Of a stretch of 64,000 nt of DNA, positions 50,243-62,000 are shown in pieces. Below the pieces are notes generated by a model. The model saw only the letters and a list, made by a program, of their open reading frames with translations. It did no database searches and was not told the DNA's origin. Source of the stretch: Ascoidea asiatica JCM 7603 (taxonomy: Eukaryota; Fungi; Ascomycota); assembly GCA_001600695.1 (NCBI GenBank), contig BCKQ01000007.1:705712-769711 (forward strand). The letters run 5' to 3'. How positions within the stretch are numbered: position 1 is the stretch's first letter; every line of letters starts with the position of its first letter. Both the position numbers and the translations under genes were made by a program.

Positions 50243-50472
50243 TGAATTAAATTAGGCTCAACAAGCCTTTGTGTGGCTACTGAAGTTTTAGCTAGTCAAG
50301 TAGTCTTTATAACATGTGACATCTGTTAGAGGAGTCACAGGATCCGCTAAAACACTCTCGGTTTATGTTTAGATAACTATTTTAGTGGTCAATCTTCCAA
50401 GATAAAACTTAGTCATATTCTTAGCAGTTTTGTAGTTAGTAAGACAAAATATACTAATACTTTTTAATAAAC
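50243..50472 (+). repeat. 3' LTR of copia element A
   Basis: Starts with TG after a purine-rich GGAGG (PPT-like); homologous to 41731-41959; contains CATGTGAC at 50313-50320. Confidence 0.85.
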
Positions 50473-50499
50473 CAAACTAATTGAATTGCGCTAAACATG

Positions 50500-53400
50500 G
50501 CTTCGTGCGGCTAATGTCACTAAACGCTACATTCATTAATTAAGGTTAAATACGCCACCGTTTGGATATTGCAACTAACCATGACAAACTAAAGGGCAAT
50601 TTGTAAATGGAACAAAAAGGATGTTTCTGGCATCAACGATAAGTCTTTTACCCACTTGATAGATTTTAATTTTGTTTAAAAAACTAAATTGTAGACAGCT
50701 ATGGATACTGATAAAAACCGGAGGTATACTGTCCGTCCTTCTATGCCGTTTATTTATTCCCGTTTTGTCATATAAGGAAGATAGTTTACATATATTAAAA
50801 TTCAATATTATAAATATAGTTAATCCTTCTGGTTCAAAAATATAAAAAAAAAAAAAAAAAAAATTATAGAAAAATAAACTAATTTATTTAAATTTAATTT
50901 TTTAAAATCAGCAAAACAATATCAATTTTGTTTAACAAAGATAGAAAAAACAAAAAACTGATTTCTAAAAGTATATAGAAGAAAAATAAAAATTAAATAA
51001 AAGCATCAAATTAAACAAATATAAAAATCAAGGTTGGTAAAGCTCACTTGAAGTTCCATCTTTATTGTAAAAAGCATAAACAATCTGAGTCTAACGGTCT
51101 TAATTTCTTGTTGAAGTAACGAGGTCTTCTCTTTAACTGGTTAGGGAACTGTTTTAGAATTTGTAATTGATATATAATGAAAGGAATGGGAGAAATTCAT
51201 CTGATGCTCTTTTAAAAAGTTTTTCAATTTTCAGTTTCCAATGGAAACTCAATTCTGAACTTCACTAAATTGTATCGTACCATGATATTGGTGTTATAAT
51301 TTTCCCATCTATTTTGCAATTCTAACATACTGATTTCTGTTCACCAAAAAATTTAATTGCATCGGCTGAGAGATTATTAATTTGGGGAATTGGAACTGGT
51401 CTTCTATATGGCCTTTGATTATCTTTGATTCGCTATTTTGGTTTCAATCAGTACAACATCTTCTAAACGCTTATCTGCGATTGGTTGTTCTAACACCAAT
51501 ATATAATGTAATGTAACTGGTGCTTGTTTGCCAGTAGGTTCGGAAGTAAAAAAAGTATTGATTTTGTAATTATGTTCAAATTAAAGGGGCAAATAAAAAT
51601 AAAAGTTAGAAGGAAATAATTAAATCGCCTTTAGAAAAAACAGGCAATTTAAATACCATTCCAACTGGCATGATAAAAAATGAGGTAACGTTAAACGGAT
51701 CTCATTTTAGACAGCTTGCCTTAAGTACATAAAGACAATGTAAATATTATTTGTTCACCACAAATATCGAACTTTCATGGATGTGTAAGAATCCTAAAAA
51801 ACTATTATAATAAACCGTCAATGCCAATGTCACCTAATTAGATAAAAAGCGACAATTCAAATGAAAAATATTTTTATTGTTACATTAATATGTGGATGTA
51901 ATTGGGTGAGATTCATATTGAGCGTGTCTTGCTCAAGTAAAAGATTTTTCTTTTTCCTGAGGGTGAGATCACGTTGAACTAAAACAATACTTTGTTTTAG
52001 GAGTCTCACTTGAAAACAGTTTGTAGTTACTTTTTCACTAGTGAAGACGTTTCAAACTACTCACTAAAGCTCTTCGAAGCAAGAGGTTTCAGAAAACATT
52101 GTTTTTCTGGAAATATACCGAATTGGTAGAGTAGGTAGCTATCAAAAACTCTGTATCGACGGGTTATTCGCGAAGTATCCTCTAGGAGGCTTATAGCACG
52201 GGTTGCTTTGTGCACCGTCTGCTACCGAGTTTTGAGGGTTGCACAGAAAAACATAAAACACCCCATTCCCCTCTATTGGAAATTGCTTGGAATAGGAAGG
52301 AAAGTATTATTCATTTTTTAAGTGATAAAATTCATTGGATTACCCATACTGGTCATGTCAGCATGCGGATACATATCCGTCCTTATGCCAAAAAAAAAAA
52401 CTTTTCAAAAAAGCACTATCAAATGACTTCCGACGCATGTGTCTGACTTTAGTCCCGAAAGCTGTAATTGAATGCAGTTCAGTCGAAAAAAAAAATTTAT
52501 CAGTAAAAGGTATGTAATTCAAATCTCCGCAATTGCGAATTAAAAGATAAAATATATAAAAGGAAAATAAACATTTATGAGAGGTCACTACCCTAATTAT
52601 ATCGGTGGCAAAAATGAGGGTAACCCATATTAACAATAAATTTGTAAAATTAGCATCCAAAAGTTCACTGCCACACTTCGGAAAAGCAGTACAATAACGT
52701 TCTGATCTAAAACAGAGTAAGTCATTCTGCAAACAAACAAGAAGATTAGAGTACATTCTGCACGTAGACGGAATATCGCAAAAAAATAACAGATGCGGGC
52801 AGCGCGCCGTTAGGTGCACTCCAGATTTTGGAACCGAATTCTAAGAACGCGATAGAACATAGGGTAAATAATCTAAGTATCAATGAAGATTTTACAAATA
52901 GACGAGACTTTGTCTGTACACTTATAATCGTATAATAAGATGATTGACAATCAAATAGACCCACGATTATAACTCGAAGGGTCTTGAAAATTTAGGTAAT
53001 CTTGATATATCGCCATTTAAAGGATTTTCATAATGATAGAAAGAACAAATTATATTGGAGGGTTCGTGTTCTGGAAAATGCTTTCTGGTATTTACAATCT
53101 TTAAATTGATTTTGGAATGATTCTCTCTGTTTTTGTTTAGCGGTTCAATTTGTGAGACTCTAGATTTAGTCTTTGCTGGATCCTTGGGAGCTGTTGGTTG
53201 TCTTGCAAGGCTAGGATTTAAGTGCTTGAACCCGTCCACAGGCCGAACGCTACAAACTAAGGTCAGAATTCATATTTAGACTATCTGGACCTATATTAAA
53301 TAAATACGGCGATCAAAACGAGGTCCAATTCCGAGGAAAGATGGAAATAAAATTCAATTTGTTAGATTAAACCATTAAAATTTGCACATATACCATTAGT

Positions 53401-56400
53401 CTGTGCGTGATATGCAGTGGTTGTGTGATATTTGATTCCTAAAGAGGCTAATTTTTCAATAACATTCTTCGGAACAAAACGAGAAGCATTATTGATACTC
53501 ATTTTTTTAATTCGGCCCAGGTTAGTGACTAAAGTTTGAGCTAAATCTAAAAAATGTAAGGAACCATTATCTTGTGTTGCAACGGCATACTTTTAGTATG
53601 TACGATAAGCAATTGCAATAATACAAAGTTTATTACCAGATGATGTGTGTTGAAAAAGACCAAAAAGGGTACCCCATCTTGTAAAAGCTGTTACAGAAAG
53701 AACTGTATTCGTGTTTTAGAGATACCTGAGCCGTCTTTATCGTATGACAATGAGGAGAAACTCTAATAAAACCTTAAAATAATTGACTACTATCGAGATG
53801 TAAGTATTTTCGTTCACAATCTTTTCTAAATTTCCAATGCAACAATGAGCATTTCAAAGATGAACTTTTTCAGTGACTTCCTTAAAGACTTCTTCACTGA
53901 AAACAGTAGCTAAGTGATCTTTAATTCTAATAAGAAGTTGAATATCCTGAAAAATAACGTTAGCAACGATAAATTTAGAATTCCCATATTTTAGGAATTT
54001 CTTTACGTTGAAAAAAACTTTTTAATTAATAAGATCAACTTCAGACAAACCCTCAATTGGTTTGATGCGTTTGATTTGACTATCAGTTTCAACAACTTGC
54101 TGAGTTTCCAGTAATGTCCGATTTGCTTTTTCATCTGCCAAATTAGCGCTTCTTGATAAGAAATCAGGAATAACATGTTGTTTTCTAGGGTTATATTGAA
54201 TATCAATTTCATTATATTCAATGATTTCAATAAATTTTGTAATTCTTCTTGCTGGATTAGATTTAGTTCTAAAATATTAAAAAGATTCATTATCAGTTCT
54301 TATAATAATTTTGCATCCTTGAATGTCTGTTTTACAAATGAATCAATGAATGAACAACCGACAAATATTCTCTCTCTTGAGCAGAATACTTTTGTTGTGC
54401 TTTGGAAAATTTTCTTGATTCAAAAGCAATACAATACAATCGATATTTTCGACTGTTCTCATTTGCATATGGTTAGAGTAACACGCAGCGAAAGCCAAGT
54501 CAGAAGTATCGGGTTCTAAAATGACAACTCTTTCAGGATCAAATGGCTTTAAAATAGGAGCAGTAGTTACTGTATTTTCATTGATGGGAAGCATTCAGTC
54601 AGAGAAGGATTCAATTCAGTTTTTATTCTTTGTTTAGGATAGTATACCAATAAATCAGTAAAGGGGGGGGCATCTGTTGAGAGAAATACTGGGTAAATTT
54701 TCTATCATATGAACATAGATTAGGAAAGCCTCTTATATCAGTAATTGAATCTGTTAAAGGCTAATTTCAGATTTTCTTAATTTTTGTACGAACGGTTTAG
54801 CTTCCTTCTGAAGAAAGAATATCTCCTAAGAATTTGAGTTCCTTTCAAAAGAATTTAGACTTCTTGACATTTAATTGAAGTGTTTCTTTTTCAAGTTGAC
54901 TAAGGATCTCATTCATTTGAATGATATGATCAGCGTTTTTATGGCGGTAAACTTTATCATGTAGATAAACAATAACTTAAGTTAAATGGCCTAAAAGTTT
55001 CATGATAAATCATTGAGAGGTATAAGTGCCATTGAATAAGCCAAAAGGCAGTACATTGAATTGATAATGCCTGATTGGAAGAAATCGCTGGTTTGAGTTT
55101 ACTATCATTATTTAAAGAAATTTGCTAGAGGACAATATTTCATATCTAAGCAAGTGAAGTATTTAGCCCATTGAGTGTGTTTAACCAAATATTAATAGCA
55201 GCCAAATTAAAATAATATCTAACATTAATAGCATTTACTTTCCTATAATGAACACAAAGTCAATAAGTTCTATCATCTTTTGGAACAAGAACTAAAGGAA
55301 AGTTCCAACTACTTTTAGTTTTATAAATTAATTCAGCTTCTAAGTTTGATTAAACAAGTTCATCAATGAATTTTTGTGGAAGAGGACTATAGTGGTAACT
55401 TCCAATATAGAATGGTGTTTCTGATGTTGTTTCAATAGTGAGCTTGAACAGTATTTCTTAAGGTAACCTTGGAGCTGAAATTTAATCATTGAAGTACGGA
55501 ATTTTCCTAAGGTCAACCTCTTGTTCCTTATCCGGTATCGATGCTGAAAAATAAAATCTTCCTAGTTCATCAATGTTCACCCGATTCAAACTACAGTTTT
55601 CAGAATCATTAGAAAACATAAGGGAAAGTTTATCATAATTTTTTGCTCAAAACGTATGGTCGTAGAAAAATCTACTGTCAATAGGAGTATGGAAAGCTTT
55701 TATTGAACTTCCTGTCAAACAGAACACTTAATGTCAGGTAAAGCAAAGTTTGCAATAAATAATCGTAAAAAGACATCATTCTTGACTATCATTGCCCCTG
55801 TAAAGCCACGAACTGTTGGAGGGTTGCGCTCTAGCCATTTTGTTTCCAATCCTTTTAAAGATGATTCAAAAGATAGGTAAATTCAGCAGCAGTTCCAAAA
55901 AGAATTGTCATCGTTTTATCATTAATAGTAGAATTTAAGTTTCTATTAGAAAAGTTTGTGTTATTGGAGTTAATTGATCTAAAATGCTCATCTTCAAGAA
56001 AGGATTCCGAGGTGACTTCCTGCTCTGATTTTTCAAATGGGTGTTTTGTACTCCTTCTACCGCAATTCTGTAACTAGATTTTTTGTCATATCTCTTTTTG
56101 TATCTATAATTGGGATAGACTTTTGATTTTCTATTTGCGGCTTCAGTTTCAGCAATTGTTGGCTATTTTATACGCCAGATACAACTATTTCTGAAATGTG
56201 CTGGGAGATTAGAGAAATAACAAGGATTGTTTGGGGAACGAATTGCATTGAAGTTTTCCTTTCAATTCGCAAGATTAGTTGTTTCAAGATCAATGAACTC
56301 ATAGATCTCATTGTCAATAATAACTTCATTTGAAAGAGCTGTAAAAACATCTCTTGACATGAACAAGTTTAGTAGTTTGTGGAACAGTTCAATAGTTGTT

Positions 56401-57600
56401 TTGGATGGAAATTTCGTTTCCAACCGAATTTGATGAGGAAATTCATTTCTAATTTCAGAAATGATTGTTAGTATCATGTAAGCACTAGAAACAATATTTA
56501 AAAGAAGACCTTCATAACAAATTTTAGATCGTGTAATATAATCAAGAACTTTTTCTTTTTCAGAGGGTTTAATTTCTTTGAGTTGTTCAATGAAAGTCCT
56601 ATAATTTTGAAATGGGCCTATTGGTCGGAGAAGGACGGCAGAGGCTGCAGGACAAGAAGTACTTCTTAAACGATTTCTTGCAATACTTCTAATAAAATTA
56701 AACCATTCTAAATTCATACATTCTGGAATATAGGTTCAGGATTTCCAAGTACAGCCAGGTGACCGGTATACTCTACTGGCACAGGCCTGGCGCTATCAAT
56801 TTGGCCGACAGCAATAGTAGTGCAAGCCTTGGTGATAAAACCCTTGTACCTGTGATGCCTACCGGAAAAGGAAGGAATACCCCTGGGGATACAGAGTCGG
56901 CGATAGTAATATGTCCAAACCTTACAATGGATGTTAGTAATCACATTTTACGGGTTTACACGTTTGTATGTTAAACAAGTATTGGGAGCGGGGGCTTACG
57001 GGTTAACAGTGATTATGGATTGTCTGCTTCCATTTTAGTACATAGAGCATGGAGATGCTTGAACTATTCTCCAGCTACAATGTTCCATGACATTGGATAG
57101 ATATACTCGCCGGCTACCAATTATCTAACAAGTTCCCTAATCATCAAGACCGTAACTTGATTGTCATACACACGAGTGATTCAGATATACGGAGATCCCG
57201 GAGGGCTGGTTTCACGTTCCAATTTGTAATTATACAAAGGAATTATTAGTTCATATTTCTCTATGACGGATTAATATGTGGTTATCAACGACGTGAAGTC
57301 CTGTAATGGTTAACAGTTTTTGTCTAACAAGATGCTGTCTTTGGCTTGATTAGGGGAGATTGATTACTGAGTACGTACAAGAAGCTGATCATTAGTCCGA
57401 CACCTAAATCTACAAAATGGAACAAAAAGTCGTCCTAGGTTCTATCAAACTGAAATTGTACTTGCACCTTATATCAGATTTTATGTGGACAATACTGACT
57501 TGTGGACTGAGATTAAGAGATGTAATTTCAACGTGAAATATAAGAGGTAGGGACTGATATGTTCCTTGGGGTTGGGGTCCCTAATAGTAACCGTACTGCT
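50500..57600 (-). mobile_element. Degenerate Ty3/gypsy LTR retrotransposon (element B); outer boundaries approximate
   Basis: Gypsy domain order on the minus strand: gag-like ORF 56262-56717, zinc-knuckle remnant NCGRR ~56055, PR remnant ~55890. RT: FPLVLVPKDDRTY*LCVHYRKVN ~55230-55303, NVLPFGLFNG ~55030-55060, VIVYLHDK ~54955-54976. RNase H PFDPERVVILEPDTSD ~54500-54550. IN: TAYHAQTNG 53393-53419 and LPKFSRPFEL (GPF-like) ~52970-53000. PBS-like TGGTAGC at 57119-57113. Confidence 0.85.
51540..52965 (+). mobile_element. Nested, opposite-strand fragment of a second gypsy-type integrase region
   Basis: Interrupts element B between its GPF-like motif and the following APVT motif. The plus strand shows CTVC 52211-52222, PIPLYW, SLDY..TG ~52332, GY.SVL..FSK..H ~52367-52420 and a frameshifted HxQTN at 52723-52738. 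Confidence 0.55.
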
Positions 57601-57980
57601 ATACGTATGGAAAATACCCAGCACGAAATACGGGAGATATTTATTGCTGTTCAAGGTCCAAATTAATATAAATGGACCATAATTACTTTATTTTTATATA
57701 ATTTTTTATATATAGGTTATGGAGATAATTGAATAGTAGTAGTAATAATAATATTTAAATTATAGATATGAAGATTTATATCCAATAAATCATACCTTAA
57801 CCTATACATTTTAAAGAAGTCTCAATAGATTGTAATTTTAAAATTAAGTTTCTATCATCTCTACCGTCAACAATTAAGTTTTCTTTTAATTTTGGTGGTT
57901 TGAATTACTATCCATGCCAATACCAGAGGCTCCCATAGTTCTTGTTGTCTGATACACTATTGAGACTCATTATGCTCAAA

Positions 57981-57988
57981 CATGTGAC
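57981..57988 (-). promoter_or_regulatory. CDEI-type/Cbf1 motif GTCACATG in a GC-rich patch between retroelements
   Basis: CATGTGAC in the same AACATGTGAC context as in the element A LTRs. Confidence 0.4.
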
Positions 57989-59051
57989 CCGGATGACTTT
58001 CAGTCGTTTCCGAGGACACTCGCACAGATGCGGATCCAGCTCAGGGTTGCCACAGAGAAAATCTTTATTGTCTCAGTCAAAAATAAAATAATGTCAATTG
58101 TTCTTCTCATTTATATTTTATATAGAGTTGAATTCATGTTTTTTTTCTTCAGCCATATAAGGTTATTAGCCTACTGCTGCTCCAAAAAATGTAAATCAGA
58201 TTATCGTTAATTTAAATAGTATTAGAAATTAGCCTGTTTACTGTGTTTTATTTGTACATATTTTTGCAAATTTTGTAGTTAAAATTTAAAAAATATTGGG
58301 GACATCAATAGTGATCTTGGGTAAAACTTACTTTACCTGTATGAGGTGTTTATCGTTACAATTATTATTGTAGATTTTATTGCAATTTTAAAATGGTTCA
58401 AAAAGTTTAAGTATTTGGATATTTGTCTTTTAAAATTCTTCGATTTCATTTGAAATTACCTTTTATTTAGTACAAAATCCAAAGGCTAATCCATTCATAG
58501 TACTTTTGAAATTCAATCCAATTAATAACTGTTATACTACTAAACGTATTTTAATTCAATTTATATTTTCTAAATTAAAACATAATGCAATTCAAAATTT
58601 TAATCATCTTGGTGATCAATTCAATATCAATTGAAGTTGTTGATGTAAAAATAAGACTCCTACAAATGTTAATCATATTGGTGTTCAACTAAAAATCGGT
58701 TTCAAATTATTAAACTAAAGATTACTCATCTACAAATGGTAATGGTAGCTGAGTTAAATGAAAAGACAACTAAAAATCTTTAAAAACAAACAATTCATCA
58801 ATTGTTTATTAATTTCTTATTTAATTACTTTGGTTTTTCTTTAATACAATAAATTAAGTTAAAAACTAATTCTACCTTCAATTAGTTATCATTTCTTTTA
58901 TTAGTCACTTTTAAAATTGGCAAAACTACAAATTTTATTAGACCCACAGGACTGGTAATTAATCTCTAGTGTATGAGCACCTTGGTTTTAATGTTTACAA
59001 TAGTCACGGTCTATTCACCATCCACTGCTGGAAAGCCGCACAGTGGCAAAT

Positions 59052-62000
59052 TGTTACTATATGGTTTTAATAATTGAAATAGTGTTATATGACATTCTAT
59101 ATAAGAAGGTGATATCAGAGATTTCTTTAAAGAGATTTTTCTAAGTGTGGGTTGCCGAGTTTCAAAAGTATAGAAACTTAGTATGGTTAGGTTCCTATCT
59201 ATTTCACTGGTCAAATAGAACTTTATGTGTGTAATTACTAATCACATTCCCTCACATATACCAGTGTGTCGTGTTTATTATTTGTCTACTAAGTGATCAA
59301 TTTTGTGTTATTCAGGATTAGAACTAACAATTTTGTCATGATTTTAATTCCAAAATAAAACAAACAAAACGTATAATGGTTTGATTTATTATCTATCATC
59401 ACATTTTGCAAAATAAAACAAAGCTGGTAATAACGGTGTTCACAACCCATAATTTCAGCTAGTTGTTGTATGACACTTTTTCATTGTTAAGAACCATTTT
59501 GCTCGACTTTTAAAAATATTAAAATATTTTCCAAATCCAACTAAACTTAATCTAACCGGCCCGTTCAGTAATAATTTATTCACAATTCCGTGTTAATTGA
59601 TCTACCTAATTTTATTGTGTCACATAAAATTTTCAAAAACTGTTAATTCAATTTATCTTTCCAAATCTTAAGGAATTATCTTTGATATACTTATTTAGAA
59701 ATCTTTCTTAATTATCTTCCTACTTTACTTTTAATGTTCAAATAGTTATTTTTCATGCCTGGTCAATATTATCCTATTGAATCTTTTTATGATTAATTTG
59801 CGAATGCAAATGCTTCTTCAACTTCTGTGCTCCAACTGTTATCAATTATAATCAAACTCGTTTAGATCCTATCAATTTTATTCAAACTAGATTGATTGTG
59901 TGATGATACTTGTGATTTTCAACTTAAAGATTCTAATTCTGATATCAATGTTATTACCCAAATATTACTCAGTGTCTTAGTACAATTCAAATGATTTAGT
60001 ATGTGTTTATAATACAATTGTTCTAAATCATTTTTCGTTAGACTCTGATCAAACTTATTGGGTTACAAGTGATTTCTCTCGATCTTATTGAAAGGTTTAT
60101 TATGATACTGTTTCAAGTATTGTTTCTGGATGGTTAACTATTAGGGTCCTCAAAAATATATATATTCCAGAAGACATTCAAAGTTCTCCTAAAAGCGTTT
60201 TCAATTATGTTTCAACTCTTCAATCGTATGGTACCACTATTCAAAAAGCGATTGGTAGAATGAATGCTACAACTGAATATGCAAGTTATGCTTTAAGAGA
60301 TATTTTCTTGAACTTCCAGATAAAGAAGATGAGTTCCCACAATTTTTCAATCCTGAACTAAATGCTTTGAGATCCCTTTATACAATTCCTAGACTTAATT
60401 ATGAACTTTAAAAATATCCTCAACTTGCTATATCTTTACTAAAACCTTTTCTCCAACATTTTCATTCTGAGAAGAATATTAGTTTTTCAGAAGTAAGTGA
60501 AATTATTGTCAAAGATAAATTAACTCATGTAATTTATCCGGAAAAACATTTAGCAAATACTTTTCAATTGGGTCGTAAATATGGTTATTTTGATGATACT
60601 GTTAAAGGTAATGATACTCCTTTTTCTAAAGATGAATCTTCTGTTGGTAAGAAATTTAAAGGTAACTCTAATAAGAAATCTTATTGCAAAAACTACAAAG
60701 TACATCATCTATGGGGTGCACATATTGCTCGTAATGATGATACTCCTGGTAAAGATGCTTCCTCTTCTGGGGTGTGTTTTTAATAATTATCTTCCGTTGC
60801 TGTCGTAGAGTCAGGTGCTTCTCATACAATTATAACTACAGATTTAGAACAACATTTTTTCAATTTCAGACCTTCAAACCTATTACTTATGCTCACTTTT
60901 GGAACTCAAACTACTACTACTGCTGTTGGTCATATTTCAATTAAAATAAAAGATACTGATACTGTTTATACTATATCTGCTGTTGTTGTTCCTTCAATTG
61001 ATATAAATTTTATTTCTGTTAAACGATTGTGTAAGATCTATAACATCGCTGTTTCCTTTGATTGCTATGACGTTTTTATAAAAGATAAACTTAATGTTCG
61101 TCCAGTTGGTACATTTTCTTTAGATAAAATCGTTGTCACACAACTTCTATTTTTATACCAACTGATCATCCTCCAGGTATAATATCACCCAGGTATAATA
61201 TCACCCATTTATAATGTTACTACTACTAATGCTACTTAATTACGAGAAGAACATTTAATAAATGGACATCCATCTGTTTCCATTATAAGAAATATGGGAT
61301 ATAAAATAACTATTCACAATGAAAGAGACATAAAACAATGTGATAATTCAACTAGAACCAAGATGAAACACTCATTTCAAACAAGTAATGTTGGAAATTC
61401 CTCGAGAAGGTTACTCCAAACTGCTCATATGTACACTATTGCTCCTTATACGTTAACTAATAAAACTAAACAGTGGTATGTAACCATGATGGATGATTAC
61501 TCTGGATACGTATCTACCTTTAAGGTAGTCAATAAAGGACATATTGCAAAGACAGTTACAGATACAAATATTTTCTGGGAGAGACTTACTGGACTTAAAC
61601 TTGGTGTTATCAAGAAACACAAGGGATGCCAATTCAATAAACTTGACGTAGGATATAAGCTTCCTCATGCTGCTTATAGTCCATATTTTAATGCACGAAT
61701 TGAACGAGGTCAAAAGATTAAAAGAATCGTTGATTCATTACTACATACTGTTGCAGATAATATAAACGTATTAGAATACAAGACCTTATACTTATGGGTA
61801 TGCTAGTTAAGACCTCGTTGGTATCATTCATCAACAAAACAGTCTCCACTTGAATTATTTGTAGGTAGAAAACCTCTTTACGTAATAAAACACCTAGAGT
61901 CATGGAAGATACTTAGATATGTTATAAAACGGGAAAGGTTCTTGCCTGTTTTATAGGTTTCCCTAACATTTCAGCTACATATAAGTTCTTATTACGTATT

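Larger units (their letters stand above)
41731..50472 (+). mobile_element. Degenerate full-length Ty1/copia LTR retrotransposon (element A, ~8.7 kb)
   Basis: Copia domain order with many stops and frameshifts. PR remnant LISDTNA ~44905. IN: IHHKLS..CAIC ~45430-45545, IVDKFTKF ~45680, FSDQGAEY ~45806, QNRLAQR ~45907. RT: PIFTGRWILKMK ~47781, TGDVPSPFL ~47968, SIYGLHQAPTEWY ~48084, L*VEDII ~48225. RNase H: FSDAY ~48741, VDNKSA ~49056, NMAAIFIK ~49197. Flanked by LTRs. Confidence 0.9.

Noticed and set aside
50790-51030. Extremely AT-rich block with a long A run as a LINE poly(A) tail or CDEII
   Set aside because: It lies where the T-rich 3' UTR of minus-strand gypsy B is expected; no LINE ORF or correctly spaced CDEI/CDEIII adjoins it.
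52358-52819. Minus-strand 153-aa ORF with spacing reminiscent of a Crypton/Ndc10-like tyrosine recombinase (R..C..FYL..R, KVRHMRR)
   Set aside because: Inter-motif distances do not fit, and the plus strand is better explained by an ordered set of gypsy integrase motifs.
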